Below the pieces are notes generated by a model. The model did not search any database, was not told the DNA's origin, and was given only the letters and a program-made list of their open reading frames with translations. Positions 14,301 through 26,123 of a DNA stretch of 64,000 nt are shown in pieces. Where the stretch lies: assembly GCA_905178155.1 (NCBI GenBank), contig CAJINV010000013.1:2298281-2362280 (forward strand), written 5' to 3'. The DNA is from Amoebophrya sp. A120 (Eukaryota; Protista; Dinoflagellata). Position 1 is the stretch's first letter. Each line of letters starts with the position of its first letter. The position numbers were made by a program, and so were the translations under genes.

Positions 14301-16827
14301 ACCGCGTGAAGACCTCCACGTTGATGTCCCCTACAGCTGCACGAGCTTCGACCTGCTGCCCCCTCCTCACACTCGCCCGCCTGTTCCACCACCTCGCGGC
14401 AAAGGTGGGGCGAGCGGCGCTGGAAACGTACAAGGAAGCGCTGAAGATGCTTTTCTCGCAGATCAAAGGAACTGCAACACCTATCGCAAGAAAAAGCTGT
14501 TTCGCTGTGAACTTGTGATGCAGAAAATGGATCGCAGAAGTGTGTATCATGCTACACACGCAAGACAATGGATTTCTAGCTGTGTTTTCCCTTAGGAACC
14601 CCGCATGACAGATTTTCATTGTCATGCGTAACAAACTTGTGATGCAGATTTTGCAAAAGCACCACAGTGAAACAGTTTTTTCGTGGGATAACACCATTAT
14701 CAAGCGACGCTAGTCTTACGCACCAGAGTACCAGAAGCAAAAAGGCCGCTAGCCACGCGGCGGCGCTCGCGGCGCAGAAGGGAGAGAAGATGAAGTTGAT
14801 TCAGACCAAGATTGCGCTGCGCTACTTCAGTTACCTCTCCGTCGACATCGAGAGCGCGAGCTCGAATGCCCACTTCTCTGCGAAGGAGAAGAACTTCCAG
14901 GATTCGGACTTCCAGATCGAGCTAGTAGAGACATACGCGCATCTGCTAGAGTTTCTGGAGCACTTGCAACGAGCGGATTGCAGACTGATCGGGGTGGATT
15001 TTGAAGGGGTACCTACTAGGTTTTTGGAAGTGCCGTCATTTTTTCATCATCTCGTCTGAGGAACTTGTTTTGCGCGGCCTGCAGTTGATGTTTCACTTGC
15101 TGCATGGTTAATATGCTGTTCTTGCACCACCACCACTTCAGGTTCAGACGCAGACAATTCCTGGTGAGTGAAAGGTTGTTGAATCTGAAGAGATGAAGAT
15201 GGGTAACATCTTCAATAGTAAATTGACCTTAATTTCTTGTCAGGTGAAGCTCTGTCGGGACGGCCAGCTTTGCCTCGTGCAGATTGTGCTGGACAAAGAT
15301 CCGAAGCGTGTTTTCGTCCTTGACATTTTTAAGTTGGGGAAGAAGGCCTTTACGCTGGATTTAAAGACTGCACGGCCAACTGCATCCGCTCTTAGCGCAA
15401 AAAACCAAAACGCAGTGGCTCCTGTTGGAGATCATGAAGCTTCCGGGGGAGATGAGCCGATGATTGGGCACCACATTCTTGTACAACAAGCTGACGAAAA
15501 CAGTCACGTTGAAGATCATCCCGGAGGACCACAACAAATCGTCTCCTCCGAAAGTGGTTCTTTCAGCCTGAAACAGGTCCTCGAGTATCGCAAGAAAAAA
15601 GTGTAGTTACAGTTACACATTGTGTTGCAGGCCAAGCAAGACAGACAAGCTCTGTCATGCCGGATATGCGTAGGAGCCTCGTTTCATAGGTGTTCTTTTC
15701 CCGGAGGATTTCTGCATTATCTCATGCAGAGAAATTTGTGTTGCTGAATTCACTACAAATGTGTAACTGTAGCACTTTTTTCGTGGGATATCGAGAGCGA
15801 CAAAGTCATCAAGTCCTGGTTCGACTGCCGAAACGACACGGACGCGCTTTGGGCGCAGTTTGGGATTCTCCCAAAGAACATTTTTGATTTGCAGGTCGCG
15901 GACGCAGCTCTGAGGAAGACGAGGGGCTTTAGTGTCAAGTTTGTGATCGGCTTGACCAAGGCGGTGGCGCAATATGTGTTCAACAAAGGTAACAACAATC
16001 ATGGCAATAACCATGTGGGGGCCGGCGGGGGAACGACTTCTACCGGAAGTATAGGTTGTGGCAACCGAGATAATCATCTCAGCGGGAAAGAAAATGAAAA
16101 CCATAACTATCGCAGCAACCAAAATTACACGACTGCGAACCATAACAATCCCAATTTGGTTGGAGCGGAGAACAACGGCGACAGCGGGAAAAATCATGGG
16201 ACTACAGGAGGAGGTCTTATTGGGGACGAGCGAAAGATGACGATGATAGCCGAAAAGGATTCATCTTCACTAGCAAACAGGAACCCAGCCACGCCACCGG
16301 AAAACAGCAAAGCCACAACTGGATCAGCTAGTACTCGCCCGAAGTTTTCCTTCAGTCTTCCGGTGCCTCCCACACAGCGCATGAAAAACCCGGAGGCCGA
16401 ACTTCTCTTCTCCCAAACGATCGCAGACAAGGGGAAGAGCATCTTTGATCCCGCAAAGGGAGGGCAGTTTGAGAAGTTTGCGGAACGGCCAATCATGAGC
16501 ACGCTGTTAATCTACGCCGCGTATGATTGCAGGCATCTGATCACGCTGTTTGATAACCTGCACGGCATTCTAGAGCAGGAGGAGGAGAACAATAATAGTT
16601 CTGCGACCTCCGGTAGTTCTTGTGGTGCTGGTACAGCATCAGGAATGTCAGCTCCTGCCGTCGATAGCTGCAATGTGGAACCAGCAGAGCAGCAGCAACT
16701 TGGATCATCTACTCCGATGACTTTGATCGAGAAAGTTTTTACTGTTTCGCAGGAACGCGTGCGCCACGCACTGGCGGCAGAGTACACGCCGCCGGATACG
16801 CGGGCGCTGTTTTATCAATTGATCTGA
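8382..16827 (+). CDS. EXD1/Egalitarian-like DEDDy 3'-5' exonuclease with a very long Q/H/G/S-rich N-terminus; 5 introners and 2 GT-AG introns (9454-9614, 15009-15243)
   Basis: Spliced motifs ExoI IGVDFEGVKLCRDGQLCLVQI, ExoII LESDKVIKSWFDCRNDTDALWAQFGILPKNIFDLQV and ExoIII LIYAAYDCRHL; all junctions are in frame. Confidence 0.8.
9171..9337. mobile_element. Introner family E
   Basis: tatcctcgatgcaaaagta / tacttttgcaatgcata; DR cgctc/ctctc; frame restored. Confidence 0.85.
13240..13488. mobile_element. Introner family C (TIR TATCAAATGTAAAAATGTCTGGGTCTGG)
   Basis: DR atcag/atcag; frame restored. Confidence 0.93.
13635..13959. mobile_element. Degenerate introner (A-like)
   Basis: tatcctttgcaaaaac / ggggacgtttttgctcaggata; DR cgttt/cttgt; frame restored. 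Confidence 0.7.
14482..14690. mobile_element. Introner family D (TATCGCAAGAAAAA...TTTTTTCGTGGGATA)
   Basis: DR acacc/acacc; frame restored. Confidence 0.93.
15586..15790. mobile_element. Introner, D-like ends
   Basis: DR tcgag/tcgag; removal rebuilds the exonuclease ExoII region LKQVLESDKVIK. Confidence 0.93.
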
Positions 16828-17847
16828 GAACAAGTACAACGGGTTCCCGTTTCTCAGGGAAGTAGATTTTTTTCAACGCTATGTATTGATTTTAGTTTTG
16901 CTTTTGTATTTGTTCCGATACAGCAGCTTCGGCAACGAGTTGCTTACTCGAGCAGGAACTCATTGTAGTATCAGACAGCGTAGGAGGATCTGACCAGTTG
17001 ATTGTGATTACTTCGCTTACATTTAGCGCAAATGCGAGTAACTTTTTCACGTGTTTTGGTTTATTTGTTTGTACGTTTTTTTTGGCCGACTTGACTCATT
17101 TTGATTCAGAATCCGGATAGTCTATCAATTTAGGATCAACAGAAATAGAACTAATTGGCGGCTTGCGGTACAGCGCCGCATTATTTTTCACTACTTTTTT
17201 TCAACAAGATTTTGCTGATTTGTCACGGCACACAAATCATTGTGCCAAATAGAAATAAGTTGCGCATCGCGAAGAGTGAACTTGGGGATGGCAGTGATGC
17301 CAAAAACTACACTTTTGCAAGTTGTATATCGAGGACAACGATGAACTACAGCTCTGTTTTGCAATAAGCGACTAAAATTTGACTTCCCCGGGGCAGCTGT
17401 AAATAACCACGCGCTCTTAGATAGTTGGAATGTTTCGCTTTGTTTGCGTCGTGAACTTCTATGCTCTTGTTCTTGCCACGCACTGTCTCGATGATCGCTT
17501 CTTCCGCAATCGCCAATCGCATTTGTCGCCAATTTTTCGTTTTGCAAGTCGTTTGGTCAATTGTTTCCTGCAATCGTTCTTGTTCGTACATCCGAGACGA
17601 CGCGAGATGAGGAGGAGCGGAAGGGAGGACTCGTGACGCGCACCACCAGCTTGGAAGCATGTCTCATTACTTGCGACGCGCACGTCCCTTATTTCGATGG
17701 CAGAGCCTCAGCGAGACGAGGTTTAGCTAGGCTTGCGAGCTCCTCCCTCAAGCGCTGAAACACGAAATCAGAATGAACGGCGCAGTGGAATCTCGCTGCA
17801 TTACAACTCAGTAGCCGAACGCGGACTCTTCTCCACCGAGAGAAGAA

Positions 17848-20053
17848 GTGCCACAGGAAGGAAATCCTTCGGTCGTACCACCGGCCGTCATCATGTACAA
17901 CGTGCGTGTAGAGGTGTCTGCCTTGCCACCGCGGTACCAGGTGCGAGCACGGGTCCGCGACGGGTTGGATTTTCTGCACTGGATCCAGAAGAACATCGAC
18001 AAAACCGGGAAGTATGTGCTCTGTTTTGGCGGGAGCATGGACCCAGACGTGGTGGCAATACACGACTGCGCGCACCTGGACAAATTGCTCGAGGAGCACG
18101 GGAGCAGCTTTGAAATAGTATAGTACCTACCAATCTTCCTGCTTTTTATTCTACTTGAAACTGTGCCGCAAGTCGCACTTACGATGACACACCTTCTTTG
18201 TGAAGTTTATTCGGATCACGCAGGAACCAGAATCGTATATGGTGTTTGTGATGCAAAAACAGGTCTTCCAAATCCGACGACTAGCAGACTTCGACGGTGG
18301 TCATCTTCGGATACGAGAGTTATGGCCCGATCCCGAAAAGCTCCCGTGCCTGGAATACTGCAGGGAGATCCTCGGTAGGAGAATTCTACCTAGGGCAGTT
18401 TCATTTTGTCATGCGGAGGCATGATCCAGTGTAGCGATGAGTTCTTGTCATGCGCAAAAATTCACCGCAAAAACAAAAAGCATAAATAAGATAAAACCGC
18501 TCCTAGGTGACAAATTCCACGAGGAAATCGAGCAACCGCAGCAGTTTTCTTCCAGCCACCACGCTGCGAACAAGAAGGAAGAGGAGGAGAAGCGCGCCAT
18601 GGCGATGGTGCAGCAGCAAAACCCGTCCGCATCGAGCTCTAGCGGGGGCAAGTTGCCGGAGCACAGGATATCGAACGTGCCGGGATTTGGGTACTTCTTG
18701 AAGAAACGCGCAAAAAAACCGCCAGAGGATCCGTTGAAAAGGGACGATTTGGAGTTCTGGAGAACACTGGGCTCCAGGGAGGAACCGTGGGACGTCATGG
18801 AGGTACTTGTAATGTAGGGATTTTTGAAGGGTTGAAGTTGATGCCACCGGCATAGTGCATGACAAGAACATCAATTGACATAGAAAAATTCGCATGAGAA
18901 GTTTGAAAAAAGTTTGCGATACTGGAACTTTTTTATCGCGTTACTATATCAGGTTCGCGGCAGGAGGATGCTCGTGGCGTTTCTGTCCGGCGAGGTCGAT
19001 TTGGCGGTCCAGCTTTTCATGGAAGGCCGCGTGGACTGCTCGGCGCGAGACTGTACAACTTCCTTGATGATAGAATTCTTGAATGCCGCTTGGAGCGCGA
19101 GCAAAACAAAGCTAGTTTCCTTGTATGATTTTCCAATCATGAAATAAACACAATAAACACAAACAGCGATAAATTCTTCCCTCTTGCACTGGTCCATCTA
19201 TTACGAGCTACAGCCGGTGTGCGCAAAACTGATCGAGTACCACGCGGACGTCGATCAGAAGAACGATTTAAACGAAACGCCGTTGATGATCGCCTGCCAG
19301 GAGGGCTGTTGGGGCATCTTCGATTTTCTATTCGACAAAGTTGACAAGGACCCTGGCACCATCCCGGGCGATCTCGGTTGTCAGGATCTAGAACGAGGCC
19401 AAACAGCACTGCTGTGGTGCGCCCGGCACGGACATCTGCCGAGCGTGCAAAAGTAGAGATTTAATTGTGTTTCGTTTATAGAGGGTTTGTCGTATGCGGT
19501 ATGCCTGTGCGCTACATGTTCTTCTTGACATCAAAATTTCCAACGAAGACGAACCAAAAATAAACCTGTCCAGACTAATTGCTCTCGGTGTGGACCTGAA
19601 TCAAAGCGACTTTGACGACACCACGGCGCTACACGTGGCTACGGTCTACAATGACGTCCCGATGGTGGGACTGCTGCTAAAGAGCAATTCAAATCCAGAT
19701 GCTCGATCGTATCATATTTCTTTTAGCTTGTTTTTTGATCATTTTGATTTTGGTTATCACTCTGTATGATGTAAGGTTCTGTATCCACATGACCGATTTC
19801 GGCGCGTGTCATTGAGCATTAGCATGAGAAATCAAAACCAAAAAACTTCAGCCACGTCTGGAAGACCCCTTTGAAGATCGCATTGGAATATGGGTACAGT
19901 GAGATCGTCGACTTGCTTTGCAACTACGGCGCGACGCCCGGGACGCCGGAGAGAAAGAATGGCATTTTGGACGAACACTACGCGACGTGGGAACCCATGC
20001 CGCCGCCACTAGACTTGGAGGCGAAAGGGTTAATGCCAGACCAGATGGGCTAG
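17848..20053 (+). CDS. Ankyrin-repeat protein, multi-exon with canonical GT-AG introns; 5' end uncertain
   Basis: Ankyrin motifs SLLHWSIYYE, NETPLMIACQEG, GQTALLWCARHGH, DTTALHVATVYN and KTPLKIALEYGYSEIVDLL; introns e.g. 18375-18506 and 18803-18952. Confidence 0.85.
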
Positions 20054-21028
20054 GCAGGAACAGGATCAGGAGAGGTGTCATTCTGATAAAAGAGAAATGA
20101 AGATGAATTTTCTAGTACTCAAAATCAAATGTACAAAACTAAAAGCCAAAATGTACGCGTGTAAAATGTACGACCCCAAGTCAACTATATGGAAAAGGAG
20201 AAGCTGAAGGAGCTTCGTTGCTTGTATACCCATGCAAAGAAATCAACCAGAAAAGAAGGAGGCAAGAAATCTTACCGAGAAATCCGAAATCGAGTTAAAG
20301 CCGACGCATTTTAGTACGACGATGCACCAAAATTAATCCTATTTTATTCCGATTTTCAACCATTTTGACTTGTTGACTAAAGTTTCCGAAACGCCAAAAT
20401 CGCTAGCGCGGCGAGGAAAAATGAACCTTTGGAAACGAAACGCCATCAACGGGCTCCTGTTTTGAAGAAGAGAAAAAGACATGTGTGCCAGCAATGTACA
20501 TATTAGAGCAGGGAACTGCAGCGATTTCTAGAAATTCAAATTCTTGAGCAAGTTTCTTGAAAAAAAATCCGTGACGCAACTGCGGAGCGTACTCTACCTC
20601 CGTGCGGCGCGTTCTCTTCGAGAGTAGGCAGCAGTCTGATAGCAGTGAGGTGCTGTTCTGGTACTTTTTGAAGATCTGCATACTTCGAGGTGTCAAGCTC
20701 GTCGAAAGATCACTTTGTTCTTTTGAGATGAGCCCCTCTATCTACTTCCGGAAGACGATCTTCTGGCCAATTTTATTTCGTCGATCACGGAGGACAACTG
20801 ACTTCATTTGTGCATTTTCGTTTCTCTTTCTGATCAAACTTTTATTACACGCAGGACCCCATTCGTCTCAATTTTTATGAGTAGTGACAAAAAACTCGCG
20901 TTTTTTGTTACCGATTTTTATCCTTTTTTGTCCGCGCCACGGGCACCAATTGCACGTTGATTTTGAGTGCAGCTTTTCCTTTTTACCTTCTACTGTTTCG
21001 GCATCAGTACAAACAAGAAAACGACAAC

Positions 21029-24000
21029 ATGAACAACAATCCCCACGACGATATTCTCTCGTCGGAGATTCCGAATGACGACCAAAAAAGGGTCAACATG
21101 CTGGAGGAACTGAAGACCCGGGCCAAGGGGGCTTTCCAAGCAAAAGACCTGCGAAACGCGGAAATGCTCTACTCTAAAGCGATCGATTGCGTGGAATTTT
21201 CCGGCTCGGAAGGATCTACTGCCGTGTCAACCTCGGGGGAGCACTTGCTGTATATTATCTAATACTCAATCATCGTGATGATAAAATGCGAGTCGTTTGC
21301 GTTGTGATCTGTTTCAAACTTCTTTCTACTTCTTGTATGAATACGCAGCTCATCTGCTTGAACGAGAGGCACACCGCACTCAACGCTAACAGGTATAGCA
21401 ATCGTGCCGCAGTGCGATTACTCCTGAAGAAGAACGAGGACGCTGTGAAAGATTGCGACAAGTGCCTAAAGCTCGATCCGACCTTCATCAAGGCGCATTT
21501 TAGGAAAGCGCAGGGGTTGATGCGAAATGCGAAGTACCGGGAGGCGATCGACGCCTGCAAGCTGGGGATTGAGCAGCACCCTGGCAACGCGGAGTTGAGG
21601 ACCCTGCAGACGGAAATACGTATTATTTATTCGATGATGCGCGGACGAGCTACCTGTTTTTGATAAGTACTAAGTTTAAGTGGCGAATGAAAGGAAGTAC
21701 TTATGTGCAGATGAACACGCAACAACCAGGAGCAAACATGCGTTCCTTGACATTACCTGAGCAAGATTCGTGCAATTTTCATCTCGATAATTATTCAGCG
21801 CTCTGACGAAAAAAATGAAAAATCCAATACCCAGAAACCGAGTGGGACAAGGATCTTGAGCAGAAACAGAAGTTCAATGCCGAGGTATCGCGAGGAAAAA
21901 TCCCCCCTCCCCATATCGAAAAGGTACCCCGCAGAAAATTTGCAATGCTGATTTGCGACCACAAATCATCTCTGTCTTGCAAGAAGGCAACTCCATAGGC
22001 TCCGCCGCATTATGCAGGCAGTTTGTGTTGCTATTAGGCCTACAGCGCAAACGTTTCCCATGCTAAACGCCTAGGCCAAAAGCTCTCTACTTAGGCTTGA
22101 TATAGGCCTGCAGTCCTCTCCAGCAAGACAAATCTGATTTGTGTACGCAAATCCAGCACCACAAACTTCGTTTTGATATGGGGAGGGGGGATTTTTCATT
22201 TTGATACGAGGCCAACGAAATCCGTCCGGACCTGCCCAAGCCGGAACCAACCAGGATTCCGCTGACAAAGAAAGCGAAGACGGCGGACGAAGGAGTTACA
22301 ACGACTGCCGTCGAGTCCGGTTCTTCGCCGAGCGCCGGCAGCACGGCCACCTCCGCGTCCACGTCAAAAACGAAAGCAGAAACAACCGCATCGGACGCGG
22401 GGAACGGTGCAACAACTTCGAGCAAGGAGGAGAAGAACGACATGCGAGGGTACAAAAAGACCGCAGACGGCAAGACGACCTCTTACTTCCACACCGAAAT
22501 TTCCGCAGAAGCGAAAGCTTTGATAGGGGATTGCAAGCCCCAGAAAATCGAAGCCGCACAGGCCGTGATACCAGAAGATGGCTCGAAAAAAGTGGGGAGC
22601 GCGTGGAATCAGGCAGGTAGAAATAAATGTAGCTCTTGCGAGGTGTGGTCTGCATCGCGACTTATGCGCGTACTGGTTGCAGCGTTCTGCTATTCGTCGT
22701 TTTCGGAAGCAGTTACAGTATGAATGCCTAGTACTTTCTTGCATCAATTTTTTATGGTAAGAGAGGGAATCAGACTTAGTAAACGGAATCAGACTAATGG
22801 AATCAGACTACAAGTGGAATCAGTCTAGTAGAATCAGAATAATGAATAGAATCAAGATACTAGAATCAAGCTTATGGATAGAATCAGGAGAAGCGGACTC
22901 TGAGTACGTCGGCGAATGTGGTGGCCGCGCATTCTCTATCGTATGCATTCGAGACGCTCTCTCCCTGCAGGCATCGCTTTGGTCCATCATGTCTTGCAGC
23001 TCCACCTGGTCGCGTTGGTCTCCTCGCAACTTCGCCCGCAGTTCTTGAATGCTGTGCGTTGCGATTCTACTTGGGGACTTAGTTTGCATGTTGGGTATGT
23101 ATGTCTGCTTAGCTGTTTCAGTTCGCTCCTCAGCGCACTTCATGCGCGACCACTTTAAAACACGCGCCAGGGGTTTGCTACTGGCGATCCCGGTTGACAA
23201 GGTGAAATGGAAATCTGAAGAATCCGAAAAAACCTTAAAGGTGGAAAAATAAGCGCCAACCATAGAAAAGAGAAACTAGAAGAACTACGTTTATCCACTG
23301 TGCTCCCTCGGTCTATTGCTTCTCTGTGCTCCTACTTCGCTGCGTTGCTTCTAGATTGCATCAAAAAAGCGCGCAAAAGTGCGATGCTTTGTGGGAGCCG
23401 AATTTCCGGACTTAGCCGCAAGACAGCTCCTTTTTGCGATTTTTGTTGAAAAATAGGGGGGAACTCTCGCAAATTTTTAAAAATCGGCCTCGTTTTCCGT
23501 GTTTTTACTTAGCGAAACCCGGGCGAGACAGGCCGAGGGGGATGATAGGCGCTGCCTCACAGCATTGCTCTGTACGCGCAGAAGCGCGGCGCTATATATG
23601 TGCCGCGGCCGCCGCATTCGATGCTCTCCATCCCGCCCTGCCTGTCCTGGTCTGTCCCCCCGCGCCCCGCCCCGGCTGCTTTGGAGCTGCGCTCCCGGCC
23701 TTGCAAACCGACTGACGGACCAGGCGGCCCCCCCGCCCGTTCGGTGGGCCGCCTAGAAAGTTGCTCAGGTTGGTACATCGCCGCACGGGCCGGGGCCCGC
23801 CGTGCGTCGGTGCTTCGATTTTTGGGTGGGGCGACTCCACTCGCATTGCAAGTGGTCGGGGCCGCAGTGGCGCAGATGTGTCGGCTGGGACTGCCCTGCT
23901 CCCCCAGGCGCCGCCCTCCGACCTAGGGGAAGCCACCTCCCCGAGGGCGCAGCCATCTGTATGTCGCAGCACGGCGGCTCCCGTAGGCTAGCGACCTGGC

Positions 24001-25097
24001 ACCACCGGCGTATAGAGGTGGGCCGTGCCGGCGGCGAGGCAGGCTGTCTTCCCGGTCCTTGTGCGCCTGTGCGCAGCGCCTCCCGGCATGGGCGGCGGCG
24101 CCTCGCACTGCCCAGATTCTTTGACTATCGGAGGCGCCCACCCTCCCCTTTCTCATACTCGCGCAGGGCAGTATGAAAGGTGTCGAGGTGCGTGGGGGGG
24201 GGGAACGAAGACACGCCCGAGCAAATGGCGGGCGTGGGGCTTGTCGGGTGGGTGTTTAGCATGTGCACGCACGTTGGCCGTTTTTCCGTGGCTCTGCGTT
24301 TTCCCAGCAGCCGACCGCGCGTGGGCGCAAGCAGCGCACGGACTGGATAGCAGAGCACTAGTTTGATTCCACTAGTCTGATTCCATTGGTAAAGCTGATT
24401 CCATTAGCCTGATTCCATGAATAAGTCTGATTCCGTAAATCCTTTAGTCTGATACCATCGACGACCATTTTTTATTACGCATTTGGCTCCTGATACGCAC
24501 TACTACTTACTTTAGGTACCTTCGAAGAGCGAAACTACACGAAGTGGTTTCACGAGAAGGTCCGCGAGGCTTTCCCGAAAGACACCGAGGTCGAGCTGCC
24601 AAACGACCTGCCAGACATCGTGGTGAACGTAGACAGCATTTCTGGGGACGCAAATATCGCCTGCAGCAGAGGTAATAAATCGACCACGGATCTTTTTTTT
24701 CCGTATTTGCAATTCTTCTTCAGTTTTCCACACATGCACGAGAGTACATGCTGCAGAAAAGTTTTTGTCCCGTCACGTATTCTCGTGTGGGTCAAGTTAG
24801 TCGTTCGGACGAAGAACACGTAAAATTGCAGGTAAAGTCAAGTACATTCACGACATCTGTACTACGCTGAAATGGAAGTTCACAACCGCCGACGATAAGT
24901 CAGGGTCCGGGACGATCAAATTCGAGGCGGACGGCGACGGCGACTACGATGTTAACGTGGAGGTGGACAACAAATCGCACTCGAGCACCAGGCAAATAGT
25001 GAACGAGTTTGTGAAGGGCAGCTCCAAGGGCGTGCAGGGGTTCGTGCTGGCGAAATTGAAAGAGGTGGAAAAGAAATTCCATGCGGTGAAAATATAG
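21029..25097 (+). CDS. TPR-domain plus Aha1 N-terminal-like domain protein (putative Hsp90 co-chaperone)
   Basis: TPR motifs LKTRAKGAFQAKD..AEMLYSKAI, YSNRAAV..AVKDCDKCLKLDPTFIKAHFRKAQ; Aha1_N-like SAWNQAGTFEERNYTKW..SISGDANIACSRGK. Confidence 0.8.
21886..22206. mobile_element. Introner family B
   Basis: DR cgagg/cgagg; frame restored (NAE-ANEIRP). Confidence 0.93.
22756..24466. mobile_element. Non-autonomous Mutator/Foldback-like element inside a canonical intron
   Basis: 9-bp TSD attttttat (22747-22755, 24467-24475); GGT...ACC ends; arrays of GGAATCAGACTA on the left and TAGTCTGATTCC on the right; GC-rich core with no recognisable transposase. Confidence 0.75.
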
Positions 25098-26123
25098 CAG
25101 CATCTTCTACTTCTTCTTCCGGGGGTTCCGACGCAGGCGCAAAAGCATGTAGAATTGTATCGTAGCATTCAATGCCTATGCCAGCCGCTTGATCGACGAC
25201 GCATCGGAACGTGAACTACGCCACATGATTTTTCCCAGCAGAAATTATTGTCGCATATGGATTTCTTTGAATAATTTTCCAGCGGAAATTGTTGTCGTGG
25301 AGCACGATAATTGTCTTCCCAAAAACCTTCAAAGCGACCTAATTTTTTTTTTCCAAAGAACGCCAAGCAATGTTGGTAGAAGATGAATCTTCACATTGCT
25401 CCTGGAATAGAAGTGAGCGGGCAGCCTTAAGGCGGTGCTCTCGAAAAACCTTTGAAAAGCAGATTGAAGGCGTTTTCCACCTGTCGACGAAAGAAAGGTA
25501 TTCGTGAACGTTAGATTTCTTCTATCGGTTTGGGTGATGTCTTTTCTTCGTAAAAATCCTTGTAGGTGCATGTCACAGTCGTGTTCTGTTTTGGGTCTAG
25601 TTTCTTCTTTTTTCTCGGAAAGTCTGATGAAATCTTGTTGGGGCCGCATCGTACGGTGGGACTTCAGTGTAGTTGATCTGTGTCCTTTTTTTACCGCGTC
25701 AAACGTGGGGTGCGCTTGTCCTCGTTTTCCTGAGTCTCTCATGTTGTGGGCCATTGGCATGGCATTAATATGACCTTTGAAGTACAACGACAAAAGCAAA
25801 GAGCCGTATACTCCGATAATATGACACAGCCGGGTCTGAACATTGCTGCTATTGTTCATGATGCAAGTAGCTTATACAGTGACCTCCACTCACAACTCGA
25901 CTGGCACTCATGAAAATAGTTGTTTTTTGTGATGTGTCATCATCGCTGAGAAGTAGTTGAGGGTAGTTGCGAGGTCGCGTGGTACGTTTTAATTTACGGG
26001 TAGTAGTCACTATCCCCAAGACAAGAGGAAAGGCGCCACTTCCCTGTTTCTTCCTCTACATCAAGAATCCGTTTGAGAAGTTGTGCACAGGAAAATTTTT
26101 ACAAAAACCGGAAACCAAAAATC

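Noticed and set aside
22765-22890. CRISPR-like repeat array (GGAATCAGACTA)
   Set aside because: Units are ~12 bp with very short spacers and are mirrored at 24360-24455; these are subterminal transposon repeats in a eukaryote, and no cas genes are present.
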